From an uncultured Caldisericota bacterium (GTDB lineage: Bacteria > Caldisericota > Caldisericia > UBA6126), in NCBI GenBank assembly GCA_964427915.1, contig CAYRWA010000058.1, forward strand, positions 40,199 to 104,198: a stretch of DNA of 64,000 bases. Reading direction: 5' to 3'. Shown here piece after piece: positions 30,598 to 40,600 of this stretch. A program made the position numbers and the translations under genes. Each line of letters starts with the position of its first letter. Position 1 is the first letter of the stretch. Under the pieces are notes generated by a model. It worked only from the letters and a program-made list of their open reading frames with translations. It did not search any database and was not told the DNA's origin.

Positions 30598-31887
30598 TTA
30601 TGATATAGACAACAAAAGAGAACGGTAATAACTTGCAAGAATAAGAGATCCAGTAACAAGGACAATTTCGTTATTGAATGATTGCAAGAGAGATGTTGAC
30701 TCACTAGAATATATACATTGAATAGACCCTGAAAAACGGTGGTTCTGTGTGATGGTAACTAACGATTCGAGTGGGCAAGAGTGAATGTCTGGAATATCTG
30801 TAAAGAAAAAGGAAGTGGTGATATCAAATAGAGGCTTGAGAAGGGCCTGTGCATCTTTGTTATGTTTGCATCCGAATACAACAGAAATTTTTTGATGTGG
30901 AAATCTCTCCTGCATAGTTTTAGCAACAAAATCACAAGAGTGAAATGTATGAGCCCCATCTAAAATCCAAGTAGTTTCCTTGTGTTGAATGATTTCAAAA
31001 CGACATGGTATGGTAATTGCGCAGAGAGCTTCACGGATTTTTTTTTCGGTGATGACGAATCCACTTTTCGTTAACAATTCTGACGCAATAATTGATACAG
31101 CAGCATTGTTTATCTGGTGAGAACCCAATGCCCTACATTGAATATTCTTATACGTGTTTCCGGTGATACCGCTATTTACAGTACATGTTTCAAAGGGGTC
31201 AGAAAAGTTTGTAGTACGTTTTACAAAGGCTAACTGATCCAGGGCATACAATTTAGAGGCCTTTTGAGAGGCTATTTCTTGAATAACAAGAGCTGCTTCT
31301 AACTCTTGTTTTGCTATCAATACAGGAGTGTGCGGTCTTATAATGCCGGCTTTTTCTCTGGCGATTTCTTGAATTGTTGTACCTAGTTTGTTGGTGTGTT
31401 CTAGTTCTAGTAGGGTAATGATGCACAATGTAGGATTTGCTATAGCGGTAGTTGCATCAATTCTTCCTCCGAGACCAGTTTCTATAAAGGCAATATCAAC
31501 GTTGGCCCTCTGAAATGCCATAACTGCGAGCAATGTCATTGTTTCAAAAAAGGTACATTCTTCAAAAAGGTACGGGGGAAGATTTTCCTGCATTCTTTCA
31601 TATAGTTCATTAAAGAGCAAGGAGTCAATAGGCTTATTGTTGATTGTAATGCGCTCGCGAATGTTGTGTATATGGGGGGATACAAAGAGACCGGTTGTAT
31701 AGCCACATTCTCGCAATATTGAATCCATCATCGTACTAACAGAACCTTTTCCTTTTGAGCCTGCAATATGAACCCATGGAAAAGATACAGTAGCAAGGTT
31801 GGCATAGCTAAGAGCAGAACGCATGCGACCTAGAGTTGGCGTTTCGTGGAACCGAGGCAGTCGAATGATTATTTCTTCAGCAAGCAT
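30598..31887 (-). CDS. folC: Folylpolyglutamate synthase/dihydrofolate synthase
   Basis: Mur-ligase P-loop AGSKGKGS; FolC-like length and motifs. Confidence 0.85.
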   Translation of the reverse strand: MLAEEIIIRLPRFHETPTLGRMRSALSYANLATVSFPWVHIAGSKGKGSVSTMMDSILRECGYTTGLFVSPHIHNIRERITINNKPIDSLLFNELYERMQENLPPYLFEECTFFETMTLLAVMAFQRANVDIAFIETGLGGRIDATTAIANPTLCIITLLELEHTNKLGTTIQEIAREKAGIIRPHTPVLIAKQELEAALVIQEIASQKASKLYALDQLAFVKRTTNFSDPFETCTVNSGITGNTYKNIQCRALGSHQINNAAVSIIASELLTKSGFVITEKKIREALCAITIPCRFEIIQHKETTWILDGAHTFHSCDFVAKTMQERFPHQKISVVFGCKHNKDAQALLKPLFDITTSFFFTDIPDIHSCPLESLVTITQNHRFSGSIQCIYSSESTSLLQSFNNEIVLVTGSLILASYYRSLLLSIS

Positions 31888-31890
31888 TTG

Positions 31891-34506
31891 TTATTCTTTA
31901 TCTAAATCTGCAATACGTTGTAGAATAAATTGTTTCTGTTGGGTATATTCTTCAAAGTTTTCTTGTACCTCTTGAATTAGTTTTTCCGATGCGTGTTTCA
32001 TAAAGTTTTCATTGCCTCTCTTTGATTGAAGCTTTTCTAACTCTTTATCAATTTTTGAAATCCGTAGCTTGTTATTCTCAATTTCGCTTTCAATGTCAAT
32101 CAAGTTTTTTGGGAAGAAAACAGTTGTAGATGAATCGACAATGGTTGCAATAAAGGAGGAAGAAGGAGATTCTTCATAATACACTTCTTCAATCCTTGCC
32201 ACGCTGGCAATGGTAGTAAAGTTAGACGCAAGAACTGTACGGAAGGATTCATCACTAGTCTTTATCCCAACTTGTAGCCCGGAAGGTTTGGATAAATGAA
32301 ACTCCGCTTTTGTATTCCGTATTACTCGGATAACATTTTGTATTTTTTCAACAGACGAAATCATGTTTGTGACATCTTCTCTTTGTTCAATTGAAGAAGG
32401 CCATGCGCTATACATAATGGAAGTATTGTTATTTTCTTCCATACGCAACCACAATGCTTCTGTAACAAATGGTGCAATCGGATGGATAATTTGAAGGGAT
32501 TTTGAAAAAATAGTTCGAAGCAAACAAGGGTTTGGATTCGTTTTGGATATTTCAATGTACCAATCACAAAAATCATGCCAAAAAAAAGCATATAAAGATT
32601 GTGCTGCCTCATTAAAGCTATACGATTCTATGCTTTCTTGAACGATGGAAAGGGTGACGTTGAATTGATGAATAATCCAGTGATCCCATATGGAACAATC
32701 ATTTTTTGAGAGCTGCCAGGAAGTTGCATTTTTAGTATTGTCTAATACATAATTGCCAGCATTCCAAATTTTATTAATAAAATGACGAGAAGCTTTGTTT
32801 TTCTTTAAATCGAAACGAATGTCTTGTCCCGAAGAGTTACTATAGGATGTTACAGTATAGCGAAGTGCATCAGCGCCATATTCCTGAATCAACTCCGTTG
32901 GGTCAACAGCATTGGACGACGACTTACTCATTTTTTTCCCTTGATTGTCAAGTATTAAGCCATGATAATAAACAGTTTCAAAGGGGATGGAGTTCAAAAA
33001 ATGTACGGAAGAAAATATCATCCGGGAAACCCAAAAGAAAATAATATCAAAACCAGTGACCATTAAACTAGAAGGATAGTATTTGTGAAGGAGCTCGGAA
33101 TCAGTAGGCCACCCCATGCATGCAAAGGGCCAAAGGGCAGAACCAAACCATGTATCCAACACATCCTCCTCTTGGCGAAGATCGTAAGAGGAACATTCAG
33201 GACAGTTTTTGGGAGTTGTTTCGGATACTATGATCTCTCCGCAAGAATCGCAATACCATACAGGAATGCGGATGCCCCACCAAATCTGTCTAGAAATACA
33301 CCAATCTAAAATATTTTCCATCCAATCGCTGTAAACTTTTTTCCAGCGCTCCGGAATGAACTTAATTTCTTCTTGATTCACTACCTTAAGACCTTTTTCG
33401 GCAAGAGTTTTTGTACGCAAATACCATTGATCTGAAATAATAGGTTCTACAATTTGTTTACATCGATCGCAATGACCAACAGCATGAGAGAAAGGTTCAA
33501 CCTTTAGAAGGTATTTTTGCTCTTCGAGATCAAGTTTTATCTTCTCTCGAGCTTCTTTCAATGATAAGCCTTCGTAAATGCCTGCATTGTCGTTCATTCG
33601 TTGTCCACCATCAATAACGTTAATGAATTCCAGATGGTGTTTTTTTCCTAATTGGAAATCATTGGGATCATGACTAGGAGTGATTTTAAGGGCTCCAGTA
33701 CCAAACTCTTTCTCGACATACTCATCTGTTATTATTGGGATCTTCCGACCAACAAGAGGTAAAATGACAAATTTACCATGAAATTTTGTATATCTTGGAT
33801 CCTCTGGATGTACTGCAATAGCAGTATCCCCGAGCATTGTTTCAACACGTGTTGTGGCAATAGTGATATACTCTTTAGAGTTCTCTAGGAAGTATTTAAT
33901 GTATACGAGTTCCCCATTCACATTTTGATGAGATACTTCGATATCAGATAAAGCAGTTTTGCAACGCGGACAATACTGAACCATACGTTTTCCACGATAA
34001 ATCAGACCTTGCTCGTAATACATGACAAAAGCTTTGATGACAGCTTTTTCGTAGTCTTCATCTTTTGTAAAACGTAGTTTAGACCAGTCAGCAGAAGTTC
34101 CTAATAACTTCATTTGCTCAATAATTTTATTTCCGTAAATAGTTTTCCATTCCCAAACTTTTTCTATAAAGGCTTCTCTACCGATATCTTCTTTACGAAT
34201 TCCTTGCTTTTTTAAAAAGGCTTCGACTTTATTGTCTGTAGCTAAACCAGCTTGATCAGTGCCAGGAAACCAGCAAACGGAATACCCTTTCATTCTTTTG
34301 TATCGACATATAATATCGGGTAGTGTCAAATCCAGGGCGTGCCCTAAATGAAGTGCCCCAGTAATATTGGGAGGAGGCATTGTGATGCTAAAAACTTTAT
34401 CATCCGATTGATCGGTAGGCTGAAACATATGCTGTGTTTCCCAAAGTTTGTATATCTGGGGTTCAATTTCGTGAGCTGGATATGCACCTTTTGTATATGT
34501 CAACAT
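31891..34506 (-). CDS. valS: Valyl-tRNA synthetase
   Basis: HIGH motif (PPPNITGALHLGHAL), KMSKS, and a C-terminal coiled coil. Confidence 0.95.
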   Translation of the reverse strand: MLTYTKGAYPAHEIEPQIYKLWETQHMFQPTDQSDDKVFSITMPPPNITGALHLGHALDLTLPDIICRYKRMKGYSVCWFPGTDQAGLATDNKVEAFLKKQGIRKEDIGREAFIEKVWEWKTIYGNKIIEQMKLLGTSADWSKLRFTKDEDYEKAVIKAFVMYYEQGLIYRGKRMVQYCPRCKTALSDIEVSHQNVNGELVYIKYFLENSKEYITIATTRVETMLGDTAIAVHPEDPRYTKFHGKFVILPLVGRKIPIITDEYVEKEFGTGALKITPSHDPNDFQLGKKHHLEFINVIDGGQRMNDNAGIYEGLSLKEAREKIKLDLEEQKYLLKVEPFSHAVGHCDRCKQIVEPIISDQWYLRTKTLAEKGLKVVNQEEIKFIPERWKKVYSDWMENILDWCISRQIWWGIRIPVWYCDSCGEIIVSETTPKNCPECSSYDLRQEEDVLDTWFGSALWPFACMGWPTDSELLHKYYPSSLMVTGFDIIFFWVSRMIFSSVHFLNSIPFETVYYHGLILDNQGKKMSKSSSNAVDPTELIQEYGADALRYTVTSYSNSSGQDIRFDLKKNKASRHFINKIWNAGNYVLDNTKNATSWQLSKNDCSIWDHWIIHQFNVTLSIVQESIESYSFNEAAQSLYAFFWHDFCDWYIEISKTNPNPCLLRTIFSKSLQIIHPIAPFVTEALWLRMEENNNTSIMYSAWPSSIEQREDVTNMISSVEKIQNVIRVIRNTKAEFHLSKPSGLQVGIKTSDESFRTVLASNFTTIASVARIEEVYYEESPSSSFIATIVDSSTTVFFPKNLIDIESEIENNKLRISKIDKELEKLQSKRGNENFMKHASEKLIQEVQENFEEYTQQKQFILQRIADLDKE

Positions 34507-34515
34507 AAAAGACTC

Positions 34516-35448
34516 CTACTCCGTTTCATTTAAAATGCTATGATGGATGTGATTTGCCGCAACAGCCCCGTCATTCATTGCAGTTACGATTTGTCGTAAA
34601 GATTTAGAGGCAATATCACCGATCGCGTAAAAACCTTTTGTTTTGGTTTCAAATTCAGAATTCACTTGAATGTATCCTTTTTCATCAACATCAACAATAG
34701 CGTTGCAAATACTAGTATCGGGTATATAACCCGCAAATACAAAAACACCATCGACAGGAATTTTAAAAATTTGATCTGTTACAAGATTTTTAAAAGTTAT
34801 GCCATTCAGGGTTTCTTCCCCATGTATTTCCAAGGGAATCGACGAAAAATGAATCGTAATGGCTGGATTGGATGTAATCCTTTGAACAAGAGTATCAAAA
34901 CCACGGAATGTATCTCTCCGATGGAATAGATGTATATGCTGTGCATAAGTACTAAGAAATAGTGTTTCTGTAAGGGCGGTATCTCCTCCGCCTATTACAG
35001 CAATCGTTTTGTTCTTAAACAGAGGACCATCGCAGGTACCGCAGGTACTAAGTCCCTTTCCAGCCCATTCTTTTTCTCCGGGGATGTTCAAAGGTCTATT
35101 TTTTGTACCAATACCACATAAGACATAAGGAGATTGTAGAATTTTATCGTTGTCTAGAACAATAGAAAAATGACCATCCTCCATTTTTTGAACTTTTGTA
35201 ACCTTTTGATTCACTACAGGAATATCTAAGTCTGTAATATGTTGATTTAGTATGGAGGCAAATTCAAATCCATTGATACCCTTAGGAAAGCCCATATAGT
35301 TTTCAATGATTGAAGGTATCATTACTTGTCCACCAACCATTGGGTTCGATTCAATAATCGCTACCTCATGAGAGAATCTTTTTAGATATATGGCTGCTGA
35401 AACACCGGCAGGACCTCCCCCGATTACATATATTGGTTTACTCATCAT
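34516..35448 (-). CDS. trxB: Thioredoxin-disulfide reductase
   Basis: FAD site GGGPAG, redox CGTCDG, NADPH site GGGDTA. Confidence 0.9.
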   Translation of the reverse strand: MMSKPIYVIGGGPAGVSAAIYLKRFSHEVAIIESNPMVGGQVMIPSIIENYMGFPKGINGFEFASILNQHITDLDIPVVNQKVTKVQKMEDGHFSIVLDNDKILQSPYVLCGIGTKNRPLNIPGEKEWAGKGLSTCGTCDGPLFKNKTIAVIGGGDTALTETLFLSTYAQHIHLFHRRDTFRGFDTLVQRITSNPAITIHFSSIPLEIHGEETLNGITFKNLVTDQIFKIPVDGVFVFAGYIPDTSICNAIVDVDEKGYIQVNSEFETKTKGFYAIGDIASKSLRQIVTAMNDGAVAANHIHHSILNETE

Positions 35449-35950
35449 TGATATTACTCCTTTCTAAAGCAGAATTGGCAATAGTAAATGTTGCTTTATC
35501 AGATGAAGAATCAAAATAAAATATTCCCTCAAAATGAGCATTGTATGTTTTAATGTAACCTCGGTAATATCTGCCATCATCAGAGATAGGATTTTCTGTG
35601 TAGAAGGGGTCAATAGTATTTGCTTGGAAACGATCCCAATTTTCATTCATGGGGATATTTCCAGTAATATAAATTCTTGCGGTTGCAAAACGAGTCTGGA
35701 GATAGGGGATTTCATCGGAACATACAAAATCAGCTAGTTGATAGGAGGAAAAATGGGACATGTCTTGGGGAGGGATCTGAAATTGATCTACCGTACCACA
35801 AAGTACCATTTGTTTTGTATTAATAAGAAGTTGAAGCTCGTTTTGAATTGATTCAAAACGAGTATCTCTAGAAAATGGTGTGCAAGATGCAACAAAACTC
35901 ATGAAAAAAACAAATAAAGCCACGTACAGTAGATTTTTTCGGAAGGACAC
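35438..35950 (-). CDS. Hypothetical lipoprotein
   Basis: GTG start with signal MSFRKNLLYVALFVFFMSFVASC; 1-nt stop/start overlap with the upstream gene. Confidence 0.55.
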   Translation of the reverse strand: MSFRKNLLYVALFVFFMSFVASCTPFSRDTRFESIQNELQLLINTKQMVLCGTVDQFQIPPQDMSHFSSYQLADFVCSDEIPYLQTRFATARIYITGNIPMNENWDRFQANTIDPFYTENPISDDGRYYRGYIKTYNAHFEGIFYFDSSSDKATFTIANSALERSNINDE

Positions 35951-36669
35951 TAGGAACCTTCTATGTCATCAAAAGTCCATTCAAAAGAAATTCCATCTAC
36001 GTGAAGGAAACACTTTTCTAACGAAGAGGGTAACAACCCAAGAAAACGAAGAGCATATACTTCGTTTCTTTTAAGATTTGTTGGATATTCACACGTCATT
36101 AAGGAATCAGAAATATAGCGGTCTATTGGATATTGATTACCATCTTCATCAAAAAAATAAATAGGGATTTCATCCAGAGAAATCTTTTTTCTAGATAGGT
36201 TTTGCAAAGAAAGATTAACCATAGCAATGTTCATCTCATCTTGAACAGGTTTCAATTCAGCGCTATAGCGATGTACCATATAGGATGCATTTGTTTTAGG
36301 GGGGATGTCAGATATGTCTTCAGGTTCTTCGATAATATAAGCAGTTTTCACATGGGGCTTATCAATGAGTAAATCTAGAGTGTTCCCATCTCGTGTAATT
36401 TTGATAATTTTCATGGGATTCCCTTCAGTATTAAGGTATGAGAAAGGAAATTGGCGTATATTCGTGATGGAGGTTGGAATTCGGATAGAAGGGGCAGAAA
36501 CAATGTTTTGAAATACGACCGATAGAAGATTTTCGCTGTTCACAATTTCCGATGCATGATAAGTTTTGGATAAATCACTTGTTTCTACTTTTGTTGTACA
36601 TCCCTGCAGTGGTAGAAAACCAACACTTATCAAAAGAACAATAAGCCATACACAAATAGATATTCTCAT
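35950..36669 (-). CDS. Hypothetical lipoprotein
   Basis: Signal MRISICVWLIVLLISVGFLPLQGC. Confidence 0.55.
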   Translation of the reverse strand: MRISICVWLIVLLISVGFLPLQGCTTKVETSDLSKTYHASEIVNSENLLSVVFQNIVSAPSIRIPTSITNIRQFPFSYLNTEGNPMKIIKITRDGNTLDLLIDKPHVKTAYIIEEPEDISDIPPKTNASYMVHRYSAELKPVQDEMNIAMVNLSLQNLSRKKISLDEIPIYFFDEDGNQYPIDRYISDSLMTCEYPTNLKRNEVYALRFLGLLPSSLEKCFLHVDGISFEWTFDDIEGS

Positions 36670-36723
36670 ATAAACCCCACTCTACAATTTAATGCGCAAT
36701 GTTACTTCTAGTATTCTTGTGCT

Positions 36724-37026
36724 TTAGATAACTTCTTCTTCGTCTGACACAACGTCTTCGATTTTGTCTTCCAGTGATTTGATTTTTCTGTCAGCGTTCT
36801 TTTCAATTTCTTTCACGAAATCTTTTCCTTTTTTAATCATTTCTTCTGTTTCTTTGCGAACTTTTGAAGAAAGATTCTTTAGGTTGTTTTGAACATCTTC
36901 AGACGTATCCATCAATTTGCGACGAGTTTCTTCGCCAGTGCTAGGAGCCAGTAATATTCCAGCCAATGCACCTACTACAATTCCAAAAAACAGTCCAATA
37001 CCAAAATTGTTTGTTTCTTTTTCCAT
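36724..37026 (-). CDS. YtxH-like protein
   Basis: Start moved to ATG 37026 (AGGAG RBS). GIGLFFGIVVGALAGILLAP, then a charged coiled-coil tail. Confidence 0.7.
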   Translation of the reverse strand: MEKETNNFGIGLFFGIVVGALAGILLAPSTGEETRRKLMDTSEDVQNNLKNLSSKVRKETEEMIKKGKDFVKEIEKNADRKIKSLEDKIEDVVSDEEEVI

Positions 37027-37027
37027 G

Positions 37028-37381
37028 TTAAACTCCTTTTCTTGATTTATGAAACATTTGTACAAAATTGAAAACAATAGTACCGATGGCAATTACCTTG
37101 TTTGCAATACTACTCCATTTTTTTGATTCACACTCATCATGTTCTGGTGGGTTTATTTTGCAGTTAATTTGTTCAAGTGTTTTTGTGGCTTGGTCTCCTA
37201 TATCATTTGTCTTTTCTTTTAATGTTTCGACCAATGAATCAACACTTTCTGTTAGGTGGGAGATTTTGCTCATAAATATCTTCCCTGCAATTAAATAAAC
37301 AATCAATCGGATCAATATTGCCAAGGCAATAATTATGATCGATATTGCTACCGACCATATAATGAAAGGTGGTAAAACCAT
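37028..37381 (-). CDS. DUF948/YtxG-like membrane protein
   Basis: N-terminal TM plus coiled coil; paired with the ytxH-like gene. Confidence 0.6.
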   Translation of the reverse strand: MVLPPFIIWSVAISIIIIALAILIRLIVYLIAGKIFMSKISHLTESVDSLVETLKEKTNDIGDQATKTLEQINCKINPPEHDECESKKWSSIANKVIAIGTIVFNFVQMFHKSRKGV

Positions 37382-37473
37382 ACGCTAATACCTTCTTTCT
37401 TTAAAAACATACTGTTATTATATGAAAAACTTAGATTGTTTCTACAGTTTCTATTATCTCTTCCAATGCTTAA

Positions 37474-37489
37474 GTTACAAAAAAGTAAC
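37474..37489. promoter_or_regulatory. Perfect palindrome GTTACaaaaaaGTAAC in a 262-bp divergent intergenic region
   Basis: Seen directly in the sequence; candidate operator. Confidence 0.3.
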
Positions 37490-37643
37490 AGTTCAATACA
37501 ATCATAAGTACCATTTTTTCCCCTTTACATAAATCATTCCTTCAATATGAGTCAAAAAAAAGCCCATAGGAATGAAATGTTTCCCTTGATTGAAAGAGGT
37601 TTACAGGTAAAATTAAAGAAATTTGTAACTTTTGGAGGTATAT

Positions 37644-40600
37644 GTGTTGAAGAAAATAAAGCGTATTTTATCGGTGACGCTCACTTTTCTAATGGCATGC
37701 GGGATAGTATTCGTTAATATGCCAAATACGAGTGCTTTAGACATATTCCCATTTGTAGTTTTATCTACTGGTAATGTCAGAGGACAATTGACCCCTTTTG
37801 AATATGGTCCTAATTTCAACGAAGGCGGTCTTTCTAAAATTGCGACAGTCGCAAAACAAATTCGACAAGAAACTGATGATCGTGAAGGGTACCACATGCT
37901 TATAGATGCTGGCAACACTCTTTTTGGATCCGATCTTGCCACGTATTACACTCAGAAGCCCATTGCTGGTAAACCTCACCCTGTAGTAGCCGTCATGAAT
38001 GAATTAGCGTATGATGCTGCCGGGTACACATCTCTTGATTTTTCGATGCCACCTCAAATTCGAGATGCAAGAAAAAGAGAAAGCGATTTTACATGGGTTT
38101 GTACCAATGCCTATCGAAGTGGAAGTCTATATGCATCTGATCACAGAATGTTAGTGTATGATGTACCTAATTCCGCTCATGTTTTGAAAATTGCTATTAT
38201 CTCCTTACCCGATCCTTCTAGAGAGAATGCGATACCGCCAGAGAATATTAGCGGTTTGGAGTTTTATGACCCGATCGAAGAAGTTGTTCGTTCTAGTGAT
38301 GTTCTAAAAGAAATTGAACGAGCTGATTTTATTATTCTTCTAACAGATATGAAATGGGAAAAAGACCCTGAAAAACGAGAAAACACCTTTTTGAACGAAT
38401 TGTTGTTCCGTTCTAGAATTGATATATGCATAACTGCATCCGATGATCCTATTCCTGGGGAACAAGTTGTATATCCCGATTCCGATGAATTCCCCGAACA
38501 CGATGTTCTAATATCATCTCCCGGTCGTTACGGATTAGGATTAACCAGAGTTGAGTTAATGCTTGAAAAATGCAAATGCCCAGTGAAACCTTATGAAGTT
38601 ATGAAAAAAGAGAATGGCAATCGTATGATCACTGGTAAAGTTGTGAAGATCGGCCAGGCTATTGATGAGGATCCTGAAATACGACAATTAATTGATACGT
38701 ATGCCAAGAATGCCAGTAACACATTTGATGAAATGGTTGGAACTGCATCCCAGACTTTTACATTTTCAGGAAGCACGTATCGTCCCACAAGTTTAGCTAA
38801 TTTAATGTTAGATACAATGGCCGACATAACAGGTACCCCTCTTGCTATGAACCAACCTTCCGAATTGCTGCACAACTTAAATAAAGGTCCACTGACCTAT
38901 GGCGACGTCTATAGCATTGTAGCATCGGAAGATACAATATATAAAGTAGCACTTCCTGGTCAAACAATAAAAGATATGCTTGAGGATGTTGGAAATAGCC
39001 TTGCTTTTGGAACCGAGAGTGCTGGTATTAGTACTCGAGGGTTTTCCTACAAAATTGATTTACGCGAACCATCTGGGCAAAAAGTCTCTGACTTGAAAGT
39101 GTTAGGTCAACCCATTAATCTAACAACAAGTTATGATGTGGCTGTTACAGCTTCTCTTGTTGCTGGTTCTGGACGGCCTGATTCGTTAGCTAACGTTAGT
39201 ATAAAAGAGAATTCAAGAAAAACTGTTCGAAGAGCATTGATTGATGCATTTTACGATCTTCCCAACAATACTATCGCACCCGTTACAAGTGGTTCCTGGT
39301 ATGTTGTTCCTGATTATCTTGACCATTGGGGCAACGAACCCATTAGTTTTCTAGTTGATAAAGGTGTTATTAAAGGCTATACCGATGGCAGTTTTCAACC
39401 CAACAATCAAATAACAAGAGCTGAATATACTACTGTAGTGTTGAATGCCTACGATATTCCTCAGTTGAAACCCAAAACTCCTTCTTTTAAAGACGTTAAA
39501 ACCACAGATTGGTTTTATGGAATTGTCGAAGGAGCATTTGCGAAGAACATGATTCCTTTTGCAACCAATGAATTATTTATGCCAAATAAACCTATAACTC
39601 GTCAAGAAGCAATGATTGAACTTGTAATTGCATATCGAGACAACCCTGAACCACCAACCATGTCCAATGAAAGCATTACCCTTTTTAAGGATAAAGTGAA
39701 AGATTGGCAAAGTATATCAAACCTTGCACTTCCCTACATGATTTATGCATATGAAAACAATCTTATAACAGGGTATTCCGATGGTACTATTCGTCCTGAA
39801 AAATCTATTTCTAGGGCTGAAACTGCAACCATTGTTTTCCGTGCTCATTATCCTGTTATCATGATTGGTTCTACAGGTAATGTTGCAAATGAGATCCGAT
39901 CTTTGTATCGAGATCCAAATGAAGACCGACCTATTGGAGGCTTTGCCTCTGTAGCATCCTATTTCGATGAATTATCAAAACGCAATCCAAACTTTATGGC
40001 TATTGATGCCGGTAATTTTTTGATGGGTTCATCTTTGTCCTATTTGACGAAAGGTGAATATGTAGTCAAGCAATATGAGCCTATGAACTATGGTGCTATT
40101 GGTTTATCAGATGAAGATTTCTTCTATGGATTTGAGTATCTCGATTTAATTAACAAGTACATAGATATCGTCGCGGCTGATATCTATAACAATGAAACTG
40201 GAGAACCTTTATACAAAGACTCAATTACACATGAACTTTCTGGCATCAAAATTGGTATTACAGGTGTAACTGGTTTTTCGATTGAAAAACCATATATCCA
40301 CCCCGAGGTTAAGGCAGCTATTGAGATAAAAGATTCTGTTGAATCTGCAAATAAAATTCTTTCTTCGCTAGTTGATGAAGGATCCAATATTACTGTCCTA
40401 ACCGTTGGAATGGATAGCAGAGTGAACCTTGACAACGAGCTGTCCCCAGTTTTGGTTCAATTTATTGATCAATTGAATCCAAAACCATCATTCATTATTG
40501 CTCTAAATGGAGAATTTGGGTATACATTCCATCATGATGGAATTCCTGTTATTGCTGCTGGAAAGTATGGTAATTCATTAGGCCAAACGAAAATTATTAT

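Noticed and set aside
34507-34515. Expected T-box leader upstream of valS
   Set aside because: Only 9 bp separate valS from trxB and no leader can fit. This is reported as an observation rather than a feature.
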